A stretch of 64,000 nt of DNA from an uncultured Verrucomicrobiae bacterium (GTDB lineage Bacteria > Verrucomicrobiota > Verrucomicrobiia > Chthoniobacterales > JAFAMB01): assembly GCA_963813025.1 (NCBI GenBank), contig CAWEXO010000016.1, forward strand, positions 1-64,000. The letters run 5' to 3'. Under the pieces are notes generated by a model. The model saw only the letters and a list, made by a program, of their open reading frames with translations. It did no database searches and was not told the origin of the DNA. This document shows, piece after piece, positions 1 to 10,446 of the stretch. The position numbers and the translations under genes were made by a program. Within the stretch, counting starts at the first letter, position 1. The number at the start of each line of letters is the position of its first letter.

Positions 1-109
1 CCTTCTGTAACTGAGATGGTCTGAGTCTGGGCCGCGGGCCGTTCGGCGAATGAGCAAGCGCACGGTACCGAAAGTTTAGTAAATGTGACAAAAAAAAAAA
101 AAAAAAAAA

Positions 110-1319
110 TCAGGATTGGCAGGAAAGCGGCCAGCAAGCCAATCAAAGGCAGATAGGAACAAACGTGAAAAACAAAGTTGATACTGGTGAGGTCTGCTAA
201 TTGTCCAAGCACAGCCGAACCCACACCGGCCAGACCAAAGGCGAATCCAAAGAATAGCCCGGAGATCAGTCCGACGTTTCCGGGGATCAACTCCTGAGCA
301 TACACCAGGATCGTCGAAAAGGCAGACGCAAGGATGACGCCGATAAACACGCTCAGGATCGCCGTCCAGAAGAGGTTGGCATAGGGTAAGGCGAGAGTGA
401 AGGGCGCGACGCCAAGAATTGAAATCCAGATCACGTATTTGCGTCCGAAGCGGTCTCCTACGGGACCCCCGATGATAGTACCGGCCGCCACTGAAGCCAG
501 GAATAAAAAGAGAAGCAGTTGCGCCTGCTGAATGGACAGATGAAACCGTCCAATCAAATAGAAAGTGTAATAGCTGCCCATGCTGGCCAGATAAAAGAAT
601 TTCGAAAACATCAAGGCCACCAGGACGGCCAGAGCAGCGGTGATCCGGGATCTTGATAATGTCTGGCGGAAATGCGCGGTCGAGCTCATCGCATTTTTCT
701 TCGTCCGCAAGCGGTGATTTCGATACCACCGACCGACGTTCGCGAGCAGAACGATCGCGGTGAGCGCTACCAGCGAAAACCAGACGATGCTGTGTTGCCC
801 GTGCGGCACTACAATCAGCGCTGCCAAGAGGGGCCCGATGGACTGCCCGGCATTCCCGCCGACCTGAAACACCGATTGAGCTAGCCCATAACGCCCGCCT
901 GATGCCATCCGGGCGACGCGCGAAGCTTCCGGGTGAAAAACCGATGAGCCAATGCCGACCAGGGCCGCCGACAACAGGATCATCGGATAACTGGCTGCGA
1001 ACGCGAGCATGATCAGACCGACAAGAGAAAAAGCCATCCCGATGGCCAGCGATTGCGGCTGGGGACGGTGATCGGTATACAATCCAATAAACGGCTGAAG
1101 GAGTGACGCGGTTAGCTGAAACGTTAAGGTGATCAGTCCGACCTGAGCGAAATTCAGTCGAAAGGACTCCTTCAGGATTGGATAGATTGCGGGGATCATC
1201 GACTGGATCGTATCGTTGAGCAGATGAGAGCAGCTAATGGCGATCAGAATTGCCACGACCGTGCTCTCCGCGTTCGATTTCCGCTCAGCGACTAGACTCT
1301 CGTTGCAGCTCGGTTGCAT
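110..1319 (-). CDS. fsr: MFS transporter, Fsr (fosmidomycin resistance) family; 3' end runs into a poly-T tract and no stop was seen before the window edge
   Basis: Manual translation from ATG at 1319: AISCSHLLNDTIQSMIPAIYPILK...GLITLTFQLTASLLQP...FHPEASRVARMASGG...GPVGDRFGRKYVIWISILG...YAQELIPG...AAFLP. Closely resembles E. coli Fsr; absent from the ORF track, probably because the frame stays open to position 1. Confidence 0.85.
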
Positions 1320-1474
1320 TTCGTGGACCCAAAGATTGCGGAAATGACGAATTGTTCAAGTCGTTCCCAGGGAAGATAAAGTTGCCCGGCAGCCTGTCCC
1401 CGTCAGGACAGTGGCAAAAGGCGTTTTTGCTTGCGCGTGATCGGATATACTTTAACTAATCCTTCCGGCTTTCT

Positions 1475-1548
1475 TGTCGCGTGGTGTAACGGTAACACAG
1501 CGCCCTTTGGAGGCGTTATTCATGGTTCGAATCCATGCGCGGTAGCCA
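1475..1548 (+). tRNA. tRNA-Gln(TTG)
   Basis: Acceptor stem TGTCGCG/CGCGGTA, anticodon arm GCGCC-CT-TTG-GA-GGCGT, T arm CATGG-TTCGAAT-CCATG, encoded CCA. Confidence 0.95.
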
Positions 1549-1740
1549 ACCCTTATTCTCCCAGCGAAACCGCTCCCAGAAACGATTGGCGAGAGTGCAA
1601 AAACGTTTCCTGAAGGTGTCCCGAAGGAGGGACAAAACTGCCCAAAAAGGCCAATCGGAACGAATCGGCGCTCGCACTATAAGACTTTAAAGAAACTCTG
1701 GCGGTGGGCCTATCAGCTCGGGCACGTCGATGCCGAGCCG

Positions 1741-2376
1741 ATGGCGCGGATGCGTCCAATGGATGCGTGGGGAGCAAATGTGGAGTTTCTGAGCGTGCCG
1801 CTCTATTCCCGGATCCTCCGGGTCCTCCAGGGGCAGGAAAAGCCCTCCGCAGGAGTTCCGGTCACCCTGGAATATAGGGATTGGCTTCCTTATTTTGTTT
1901 TGGGTGGCCTGGCCGGGCTTCGAACGTGCGAAATGGTGCGATCGGCTCCGGACGATCCAGTGTTAACCTGGGAGGATATACTCTGGAAAGAAAAGTTGAT
2001 TTACGTTCGCCATGAGGTTGCGAAGCAGACCAGTGCCCGCGACCGGAAACGCTACGTGCCGCTCGAGCCGGCAGCGGCCGCAATCCTGCGCCCGTTGGTT
2101 GGGACCGGGCCGATTATAACGATATCTGAGAACTATTTTTACATTTGCCGTCGGGAATTGGCCGGTATGAAGATCAAGCTTCCCGATAACTGTTTGCGGA
2201 ATTCGTATGCAACATACGCGCAAACGTTTCGCTCGCTTGGGGACGTGGCGAAGGCGATGGGCGACCGGGAGGAAACGATCAAGCGCTTTTACGTGCAGAC
2301 ACTGAAGCCAGGCACTGGCCGGAAATGGTTTGATCCACTCGCTCACCGCGGGAATAAAAAACAGGCAAGAAAATAA
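1741..2376 (+). pseudogene. Tyrosine recombinase/integrase, catalytic domain only (N-terminus missing)
   Basis: GGLAGLRTCE (catalytic R), VAK, NCLRNSYATY (variant HxxR box), AMGD, KRFY (catalytic Y); lies about 190 bp downstream of tRNA-Gln. Confidence 0.75.
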
Positions 2377-2784
2377 CGGCGCACAGACCACTGCGGGATA
2401 GCGTCGATAGAGGAGGGAAAACACTGTTCAATGAGATAAAAAATACCTCAAAAAAGTACCTCAAAGCAGCGGGCTACACTCCGATTGTCATCACCACGAT
2501 CGACGGTTTTCTAGGGCGATGCCCGACGTTCATCGTTGGAAATCTGATTTTCCCGTCGCTCTCGCTCGGCCCAGCCAAGACCAGCCGCACTGCCTCAGTG
2601 ATTAAGTGTGGCGAACTGAGAAATAATCGGCTCGAATCGAGAACATCGCTCGTTTCCAAACCACATTAAGCGAGAATAACGTGCCCCTCAGAACCACATT
2701 ACGTGAGAATGAAACCAGGAAGAGTTTCAAAACCTCGGCCTGATTGTTGCGATTATAGCGCCAAGTTGGTGGCATGATCTCTAT

Positions 2785-3280
2785 TTGCGGGAGTATTTGA
2801 GCGCCTATCCTGACGCAAGGCTCTATGGTGCGCCGACGCTCGTAAGGTGGAATCGATCGCTGCCTTTCGCAGAAGTTCTCGGCGACTCAGCACCTTCACT
2901 TTGGACAGACGAGATCGATCAAGTTCATATTCAAGGGATCGGCCTCTTTCTGGACGAGATCGTATTCTATCATCGGCGTAGCCGATCGATCATTGTCGCA
3001 GACTTTATTATTCAATCTGAGCGAGGAGGATGTTTGGATAACTAGAACAATGGGTTCGCTGGTTATCGGCCCCTTTCGCGGTTGCAGATTCGTGCGTCTT
3101 TATCGGCCCGCCGTTACAAATCGTCGGCGCATGCGCACGGCGGTGAAGCGGATACTTGATTGGGACTTCGATCAGATCATCGTTGGACACGGCGCCGTCG
3201 TCGAGAACAACGGGAAGGAAAGTCTTTCGCACGGCGTTTCGATGGCTCTTGAGGTGATTGGAGTTAGCTCAAAAAACTGA
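2785..3280 (+). pseudogene. DUF4336-like protein, 5'-truncated and frameshifted
   Basis: EIVFYHRRSRSIIVAD in one frame and ILDWDFDQIIVGHG in another, typical of DUF4336. Confidence 0.6.
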
Positions 3281-3340
3281 AATTTATGCATGATATCCTT
3301 TGTTTGGTGAGATTGCCCCAAAGGGCTTGACCAAGCTTAT

Positions 3341-3362
3341 TATTTCGATTATTGCAGAAATA
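3341..3362. promoter_or_regulatory. Putative ArsR operator (inverted repeat TATTTC-N10-GAAATA) downstream of a TTGACC -35-like box
   Basis: TATTTCGATTATTGCAGAAATA ends 21 bp upstream of the arsR ATG. Confidence 0.55.
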
Positions 3363-3383
3363 TAGAGACACGACGAGCGCTCC

Positions 3384-3732
3384 ATGCCTAAAAAACAGAA
3401 CCTCGAACAGATAACCCGCTATGCCGACATGCTTTCGGCCATGGGAACAGAGCCACGGCTTCGGATCATGCAGCTTCTTCTTTCAGCACATCCTGACGGC
3501 TTGGTCGTTGGTGAGATCGGCGATGAACTGGAAATTCCCAGTTCCACCCTTTCGCACCATCTTGAAAAGCTAAAAAACGAGGATCTGGTGAAGGTGCGGC
3601 GTGAAGGGACATTCCTCTGGTATTCGGCCAACACGGAAGCGCTCCAAGAACTGCTTGGCTTTTTGTACGCGGAATGCTGCACACGCAACAAGGCCATTGA
3701 GCCGCGGAATGATTGTCTCCGTCTGCAAGTAA
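3384..3732 (+). CDS. arsR: ArsR/SmtB family repressor with C-terminal vicinal cysteines (ECC); probable indel near the 3' end
   Basis: PRLRIMQLL...STLSHHLEKLK...RREGTFLWY...AECC. A shifted frame ends MIVSVCK-stop at 3732, just before the arsM RBS AAAGGA. Confidence 0.85.
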
Positions 3733-3747
3733 CGAAAGGACTACCCC

Positions 3748-4604
3748 ATGAGCACACCGAATGTTAAGGAAGTTGTCCGGGAGAAGTACGGACAGGCTGC
3801 CCTGCGCGTCACATCAGGCGCTGGCAATCCCTGCTGCCGCCACGACCCTTCCGCGCTGGAAGGGTCCTGTGATCCGATAACCTCAAACCTCTACGATGCG
3901 GCGCAGGAAGGCGAAGTGCCAGACACGGCCATCAAAGCCTCTCTGGGGTGCGGCAACCCCACTGCCCTTGCCGAATTGAAACCCGGTGAAATCGTGCTCG
4001 ATCTCGGCTCCGGCGGCGGCATTGATGTGCTGCTTTCCGCTCGCCGCGTCGGCCCGACAGGGAAAGCGTACGGTCTCGACATGACCGACGAGATGCTGGC
4101 GCTCGCAGAAGAAAATAAGCGCAAAAGCGGCCTTACCAATGTCGAGTTTCTGAAAGGCGAAATCGAGAACATCCCGCTTCCCGATAATTCGGTGGACGTC
4201 ATCATCTCGAACTGCGTCATCAACCTTTCTGGCGATAAGGACCGCGTGCTGAAGGAAGCGTTTCGGGTGCTTAAACCGGGCGGTCGCTTTGCCGTCTCCG
4301 ATGTTGTTGTCCGGGGTAACGTACCTGCCGAAATCAAGAAAAACATGGAGCTTTGGGTGGGCTGCGTTGCCGGCGCCTTGAGCGATTACGAATACGTGGC
4401 GAAACTTACCAAAGCCGGTTTTGACAAAATCGATATCGAGCCCACGCGGGTTTACAGCATCGAAGACGCGCGGGCCTTCCTGTCGGGCCGGGGCCTCGAC
4501 GTCGATGCGCTCGCCAGAGAGGTGGAAGACAAGTTTATCAGCGCCTTTATTCGAGCGAACAAGCCCGCTGAACGGCGTGCTGCGCGCCCGGTTGCTGCTC
4601 CTGA
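3748..4604 (+). CDS. arsM: Arsenite S-adenosylmethionine methyltransferase
   Basis: SLGCGNP, VLDLGSGGGIDV, IISNCVINL, WVGCVAGA. Adding one A at about 4571 gives the typical tail TACCAPGCCS-stop ending at 4604. Confidence 0.9.
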
Positions 4605-4620
4605 AAATGGTTTTCTTTCG

Positions 4621-5328
4621 ATGACTCTTTCGCGCCGCATCGTCGCAGAAGGTTTAGGAACCGCCTTTCTTCTTGCGGCGGTGGTTGGCTCAGGCATCAT
4701 GGGAGAGAAGTTGGCGGGCGGCAATATCGCCATAGCCCTGCTTGCCAATACACTGGCCACGGGCGCTACGTTGGTAACCCTGATTTTCACCTTCGGGCCA
4801 ATCTCGGGCGCGCACTTCAACCCTGCGGTAACGCTTGCGGATGCCTCTCAGGGCGGGATTAGCTGGAGCGATGCTCCGGCGTATATCGCCGCCCAGGTGT
4901 CAGGTGCATTTATCGGCGTGGCCGCGGCGCATCTAATGTTCGGCCAAGCCCTCTTACAGGTCTCGCATCACGCCCGTGCCGGTGGCGGTCAGCTCTTCAG
5001 CGAATTCGTTGCAACGTTCGGGCTGCTTTGTGTCATTTGGGGCTGTGCCCGCCTGCGCTCCGAAGCGGTTCCGGTAGCGGTCGGTCTTTACATAACCGGC
5101 GCATACTGGTTTACGGCTTCCACCTCCTTTGCCAATCCCGCAGTAACGCTCGCGCGAGCGTTCACAGACACGTTTGCCGGGATTCGTCCGGCCGATGCGC
5201 CGGGCTTTGTAGCAGCGCAGTTCCTAGGCGCTTTCGCCGCGACTGTTCTTTTTCGCTGGCTTGTGCCCTCGCTTCCTTCTGAAGCAAAAGAGGTTGTGTT
5301 TCCACATACCCATGCTGGCCGTGAATGA
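4621..5328 (+). CDS. MIP/aquaporin family channel (AqpS-like, arsenic-associated)
   Basis: ATG at 4621; AEGLGTAFLL, HFNPAVT and FANPAVT (two NPA motifs); located in the ars operon. Confidence 0.9.
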   Translation: MTLSRRIVAEGLGTAFLLAAVVGSGIMGEKLAGGNIAIALLANTLATGATLVTLIFTFGPISGAHFNPAVTLADASQGGISWSDAPAYIAAQVSGAFIGVAAAHLMFGQALLQVSHHARAGGGQLFSEFVATFGLLCVIWGCARLRSEAVPVAVGLYITGAYWFTASTSFANPAVTLARAFTDTFAGIRPADAPGFVAAQFLGAFAATVLFRWLVPSLPSEAKEVVFPHTHAGRE

Positions 5329-5354
5329 TGACTAAAGCTGATGGGGGTTAGACC

Positions 5355-5764
5355 ATGAAGAAACGCGTTTTAATTCTCTGCACGGGAAATTCCGCTCGCA
5401 GCCAGATGGCTGAAGGGTTGCTCGGGCATGATGCGGGAGACCGCTTCGAAGTTGAAAGCGCTGGTACACGACCGGGGACGTGTCAGGCCGGAAGCGATTG
5501 CCGTTATGAAAGAACTTGGCATTGATATTTCCGGTCACCGCTCGAAGCACGTGGATGAATTCCAAGGCCAATCCTTCGATTACGTGCTCACCGTCTGCGA
5601 CAACGCAAAGGAAAGCTGCCCCGTGTTTCCCGGTCACTCAAAGCGCATTCACAAGGGCTTTGAAGACCCGGCAGCGTTTCAAGGCAACGGAAGAAGAGCG
5701 CCTAGCCCTCTTTCGGCGAGTGCGGGATGAAATTCGGAACTACCTGAAAGCCTTCCCGTCCTGA
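5355..5764 (+). CDS. arsC: Arsenate reductase ArsC, LMW-PTP/thioredoxin type (apparent frameshifts)
   Basis: [21 protein letters not shown] (CX5R), then [17 protein letters not shown]...FEDPA and FRRVRDEI, spread over three frames. Confidence 0.85.
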
Positions 5765-5871
5765 ACAGCATTGGTCGTTCTGTAAAACTGTATCTATTTC
5801 CTTACTATGCGGGAAAAGATCAGTAGGTGTAGCGAACTAGAACAGACCAAGTACATCCGGGTTGGATCACA

Positions 5872-7230
5872 TTAATAATAATAACTAAAGAACATCCTGA
5901 AGATCAGGCCCGCAAAACTCGCACCAACCACTACGGGTACGATATCCCACTTCCATCGCACCATCCCGATAAATGTGACGGTGCCAACAACGATGGCGAA
6001 CCAATCGACCATGCCATTACCGGGAAAAATCACGTGCAAGCCGAACCAGACGGCCAGATTGAGCACCACGCCGACCACGGCCGCGGTGACGGCGGATAGG
6101 GCCGTGGTGAGTGCTTCATTGCCGCGCAATTTTTCAATGTAAGGGCCGCCAAGAAAGATCCATAGGAAGCAAGGCGTAAAGGTCGTCCAGGTCGTGACCA
6201 AGGCGCCCAGCGTGGCAGCAGCGATCGGCGACAATAGCCCGGGGTGATTCCAGCCGCCTAGAAACCCGACAAATTGGGTCACCATAATCAATGGACCGGG
6301 AGTCGTTTCCGCCAGCCCAAGCCCGTCCAGCATCTGACCGGCGGAGAGCCAACGATGCGTTTGGACGGCCTGCTGCGCCACGTAGGGCAATACGGCGTAA
6401 GCGCCGCCAAAGGTGACCAACGCGGCCTTGCTGAAAAAAATCCCTTCTTGAACCACGGTGTGATTACTCCCAAGCCAAAAGGTCAGCAAAAGGACCGGGG
6501 CCGACCATAAGATCACCCAGACAAGCGCAACCCGAAGCGCACGAGGCCAGGACGGCTTCGCATGATCAGGTATCGCCGAAGTATCGTCCAAAACCGATTC
6601 GGCGTTAGCCTTCCCATGCCCGCGGATGACCAGAATTTTGTCTTGCTTCCACTTACCTCCAAAGTAGCCGATCGCCGCAGCGCTTGAGATTATCAACGGG
6701 AAAGGAACGTGCAGAAAAAAGATCGCCACGAACGCTGCTGCCGAGAGCGTCCACATGACCTCATTCTTGAGCGCCCGGCTCCCGATACGGATCACAGCGG
6801 CAGCGACGATCGCGAGCACGGCTGGTTTTAAGCCATAAAAGATCGCTGCGATCCAGGAAATGGTCCCAAACGCCACGTAAATGTAGCTGAGTGCCCAAAG
6901 GATAAAGATCGACGGGATGATGAAGAAAGCTCCAGCAACAATGCCGCCCCAAGTCTTGTGCAGAAGCCAGCCAACGTAAGTCGCCAATTGTTGAGCCTCA
7001 GGCCCTGGTAAGAGCATGCAGTAGTTCAGCGCGTGAAGGAAGCGCGCCTCACTGATCCATTTCTTCTTCTCCACTAACTCAGCGTGCATGATCGCGATTT
7101 GCCCAGTCGGTCCGCCGAAGCTGATAAAGCCTAACTTCAGCCAGAACTGGAATGCTTCGCGGAAGGTGGGATGCCGTAAGCCTTGGGGGCCGCCGTCGAG
7201 ATCATCCGCAGGGGTAGGTAAGGTTTTCAT
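5872..7230 (-). CDS. chrA: Chromate efflux transporter ChrA (long-chain CHR)
   Basis: KLGFISFGGPTGQIA, LLPGPEAQQLA, VTFGGAYAVL, AETTPGP. Confidence 0.95.
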   Translation of the reverse strand: MKTLPTPADDLDGGPQGLRHPTFREAFQFWLKLGFISFGGPTGQIAIMHAELVEKKKWISEARFLHALNYCMLLPGPEAQQLATYVGWLLHKTWGGIVAGAFFIIPSIFILWALSYIYVAFGTISWIAAIFYGLKPAVLAIVAAAVIRIGSRALKNEVMWTLSAAAFVAIFFLHVPFPLIISSAAAIGYFGGKWKQDKILVIRGHGKANAESVLDDTSAIPDHAKPSWPRALRVALVWVILWSAPVLLLTFWLGSNHTVVQEGIFFSKAALVTFGGAYAVLPYVAQQAVQTHRWLSAGQMLDGLGLAETTPGPLIMVTQFVGFLGGWNHPGLLSPIAAATLGALVTTWTTFTPCFLWIFLGGPYIEKLRGNEALTTALSAVTAAVVGVVLNLAVWFGLHVIFPGNGMVDWFAIVVGTVTFIGMVRWKWDIVPVVVGASFAGLIFRMFFSYYY

Positions 7231-8180
7231 GACCGTTTGAATTCTGCGTACAAGCCCTCAAAGCACTCGAATCCCTTGGAAAGGATTTCCTGATCGCTCA
7301 GGCCCTGCTTGGCCCAGCCTTTGAAGATGCGCTCGACGCCGAACCCTTCGACTCGATGAAACTTGCCATCCTCTAAATCCGCATCGTGGATCAACTCGGC
7401 CAATAGGCGCACCGCTCGGTCCCTGATTCCAAATCGGTCGATCAGGGTCTCGAACGTGCAGGAGTCGCCGTGATGGCTAAACTCGACATCTAGCATATCG
7501 TAAGGAATGGCCTCTGGTTGCGCTGTTGGTGTATCCGCCAACGCGAACTTGGCCTCTTGATCAATGAACTTTCGGATGAGCCATGCCGAGCCCACGCGAT
7601 CTATTTCCGGTCGCGGACGGGTCAACCAGAGCTTGCCTTTATAATCAGCGACCTGCAGTCGTTTGGCGGCCACGGATTTTTTTGTGGGCGACTCAAGAGC
7701 TGCTGCTTTTTGGAAGAGCATTTGGACGTCTTCACCGCGGGAACATTCAAAATAATCAATTGCTTGAATTTCTTGGAAGCGCCCTTTGAGTTTCTGCAAC
7801 TGATTAACGAAGGCATCAGGATTCGCCTTGCGAGCTTTCTTATCCTTGATAAGCAGAGCGAGCGTTTCAGCGACCTGATCGTAGTCTTTGCTCCGGGCAT
7901 CGTTAAAGAGAGAGACTACTGCGGCGTGCGGCATGCCTTCGAGTTCTGCGACTCGAGCCAGAGTCGCCTCGCCCCCCACGTCGACGATCTCCTTGCCCAG
8001 CCATTGAAAACGTTCGTAGTGGGTGGGCTCGTCGGGGAGCACATAAGCCGAGGTCTTGAGCTGGATTGCTCCGAATTTCTTGAGTTTACGCCAGACTTTC
8101 ACGCGCTCGCTCGCCCGCGTACCGGGGAGATTAAACAAAAAGAAAAGCCAAGGACCTGACGCCGTGCTTGACGTGTTCAT
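7227..8180 (-). CDS. chrB: Chromate-responsive regulator ChrB
   Basis: N-terminal RVKVWRKLKKFGA domain plus ChrB_C domain (WLTRPRPEIDRVGSAWLIRKFID...FSHHGDSCTFE); overlaps the chrA start by 4 bp. Confidence 0.9.
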   Translation of the reverse strand: MNTSSTASGPWLFFLFNLPGTRASERVKVWRKLKKFGAIQLKTSAYVLPDEPTHYERFQWLGKEIVDVGGEATLARVAELEGMPHAAVVSLFNDARSKDYDQVAETLALLIKDKKARKANPDAFVNQLQKLKGRFQEIQAIDYFECSRGEDVQMLFQKAAALESPTKKSVAAKRLQVADYKGKLWLTRPRPEIDRVGSAWLIRKFIDQEAKFALADTPTAQPEAIPYDMLDVEFSHHGDSCTFETLIDRFGIRDRAVRLLAELIHDADLEDGKFHRVEGFGVERIFKGWAKQGLSDQEILSKGFECFEGLYAEFKRS

Positions 8181-8188
8181 ATCATTAC

Positions 8189-8202
8189 GTTATGATCATA
8201 AC
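8189..8202. promoter_or_regulatory. Perfect 14-bp palindrome GTTATGATCATAAC in the 54-bp divergent chrB/DUF1259 spacer; candidate ChrB operator
   Basis: Palindrome read directly; operator function inferred. Confidence 0.55.
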
Positions 8203-8234
8203 ACATAGTTGAATATCTCTTTAGGAGAGCTCTG

Positions 8235-9163
8235 ATGAAGTGTCAATCTTTTCCATGCGTTGCGGCTGTTTTTGCGCTCACACTCGCTTGGGGACTAACC
8301 TCGTTGCACGCAACCGATGAAGCTGCTCTGGATACTGCGAAGATCGAGGCAATTACCGGACTAAAGGGTGTTTCGAATCAAACAGAAGGGACGTTTAAGG
8401 TCTCTAAGCCCAGAGACGATGTCTCGGTGACCGTAGAACAGACCCACATGGCTCCCTTCATGGGCCTGACTTCCTGGGCGGCGTTCATGCCTTCCAAAAA
8501 GGAGAGCGCCATGGTCATGGGCGACATCGTTCTCTTCGAAGATGAAGTTAATCCGGTTATGAGCGCCGCCCTCAGTGCCGGCTTACAAGTGACCGCCCTT
8601 CACAACCATTTCTTCTTCGATAAGCCGAAGGTTTATTTCATGCACATCGGCGGGGAAGGTTCTGTTCCGATGCTCGCGCAAGGCGTTAAAGCGATCTTCG
8701 ATACAGAAAAACAAATTCGGACTAAAGCGCCGGCTCCGCTTGACTCCTTTGGTTTAGGAGAGCTGTCTGCCAAAAATGCGATCAATGGCAGTGGAATAAG
8801 CCAAGTCTTCGGGCTAAAAGGCGATGCTAAGGATGGCATGTACAAAGTAACCATTGGACGTGCGATTCACATGGCTGGCACGCAGAGGGGCAATACCATG
8901 GGCATCAACACGTGGGCGGCATTTGCAGGAACCTCGGACGACGCGTTGGTTGTTGGAGACTTTGCAGTTTTGGAAAATGAACTGCAAACGGTTTGAAGAC
9001 TTTTCGTGGGGCGAACATCAACATTGTCGCAATTCACCAGCACATGACTGGCGAAGACCCGCGGATGATCTTTCTCCACTATTACGGTCGAGGAAAGGCA
9101 CTCGACTTAGCCCAAGGGGTCAAAGCAGCCATCAATACTCAGACGTTGGCTGCGAACAACTAA
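8235..9163 (+). CDS. Secreted DUF1259 (LppY/LpqO) family protein, two repeat domains; indel at about 8993
   Basis: Signal peptide; MGLTSWAAF...VTALHNHFFFDKPKVYFMH, then after the shift INIVAIHQHMTGEDPRMIFLHYYG...stop at 9163. Confidence 0.8.
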
Positions 9164-9214
9164 AAGAACAGGTTCAGCCTCCGAAGTAGGGAGCTGATCT
9201 CCCTCGAAGAAACT

Positions 9215-9463
9215 ATGCGTTGGATTACTCGTGAACGCCCGAAAATAGATCGCGTGGCATGTCCATGGTTCATCGCCCGATTCATCGATACCGAAGCCGA
9301 GTTCATTTTTGTCCCGCCGGATGAGGTCATCGAAAAAGCTCAGAAGCTTGATGCGACACCTTACGATGTTCACGGCGTCGAACTCACGCACGACGGAGAA
9401 TTCTGCAGTTTTGATGCATTTTTGAAGAAGTACAATTTAGACGAACCAGGATCCGATTATTAA
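9215..9463 (+). CDS. Stand-alone ChrB C-terminal domain protein (ChrF-like), short or truncated
   Basis: MRWITRERPKIDRVACPWFIARFID...THDGEFCSFDAFL. Confidence 0.8.
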   Translation: MRWITRERPKIDRVACPWFIARFIDTEAEFIFVPPDEVIEKAQKLDATPYDVHGVELTHDGEFCSFDAFLKKYNLDEPGSDY

Positions 9464-9471
9464 CGCGCGAG

Positions 9472-10446
9472 ATGACTTTGCTCCTGGCGCTTCTCAGCGC
9501 TGCCTTATCCATGGGACAAAATGTCGGGCCGCTACTCTTAGAAAAGGAAATCGTATTGCCAGGTGTAGAAGGGCGGATCGACCATTTCTCGGTGGATGTT
9601 CCTGGTCAACGCTTATTCATTGCTGCTCTCGAAAATGGCTCCGTCGAAATCATCGATACACGGCAGGGCGAGCGCACCGCGGAGATCAAAGGACTCGAAG
9701 AACCGCAGGGGGTTTATTACAGTTCGAAAACTGGCGGGCTCTATGTTGCCACGGGCGGAGACGGCAAACTTCGTGTCTATGACGGGAAATTGCTGACTGT
9801 GAGAGAGACCCTCGGGTTTGGTAGCGATGCCGACAACGTCCGGGATGACGAGCAGACGGGGGACATCTGGGTAGGCTACGGGAACGGCGGAATCGGCATT
9901 GTGAACTCGACCGGTCAAAACGCTGGATCAGTCACCCTTGGTACCCATCCCGAATCATTCCAGTTCGAGAAGAATGGAGATCGCGTTTACGTAAATGTCC
10001 CGAAACAATTCGGTGTTGCAGTTATTGATCCAAAAAAACGTGCAGCTGTTGCCAAATGGGGACTAGGAGGTTCGTTCGCAAACTATCCAATGGCTTTGGA
10101 TGACGCCGACAAAAGGCTTTTCGTCGGATGCAGATTACCCGCTCGGCTTGTTGTTCTGGATACAACTTCGGGCCGGATAGTCACCAGTATGCCCACGGTT
10201 GGTGACGCTGACGACGTTTTTTATGATTCCGGTCGGCGACTGGTCTACGTCATTGGCGGTGAAGGGGCGGTCGAAGTTCTCCGACAACGTGATCCGGATC
10301 ATTATGAGCGCGTCGGAAGAATCACAACGGCACCGGGGGCACGCACTGGGTTGTTCGTGCCCGCTTTTAATCGCCTATTTGTAGCTGCGCCTCATCGTGG
10401 ACCGCACTTAGCCAGAGTCTTAGTTTACGAGGTCAAAGGAGACTAG
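9472..10446 (+). CDS. Secreted YncE-like beta-propeller protein
   Basis: Signal peptide; GRIDHFSVD, DADNVR, HPESFQ, NYPMALD, GARTG blade repeats. Confidence 0.75.
   Translation: MTLLLALLSAALSMGQNVGPLLLEKEIVLPGVEGRIDHFSVDVPGQRLFIAALENGSVEIIDTRQGERTAEIKGLEEPQGVYYSSKTGGLYVATGGDGKLRVYDGKLLTVRETLGFGSDADNVRDDEQTGDIWVGYGNGGIGIVNSTGQNAGSVTLGTHPESFQFEKNGDRVYVNVPKQFGVAVIDPKKRAAVAKWGLGGSFANYPMALDDADKRLFVGCRLPARLVVLDTTSGRIVTSMPTVGDADDVFYDSGRRLVYVIGGEGAVEVLRQRDPDHYERVGRITTAPGARTGLFVPAFNRLFVAAPHRGPHLARVLVYEVKGD

Noticed and set aside
3748..5328. 526-aa ArsM-aquaporin fusion in the ORF track
   Set aside because: One missing A at about 4571 hides the typical ArsM tail TACCAPGCCS-stop, and the channel has its own ATG at 4621. 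Given the indel rate in this window, an artefact is much more likely, though reads should confirm.
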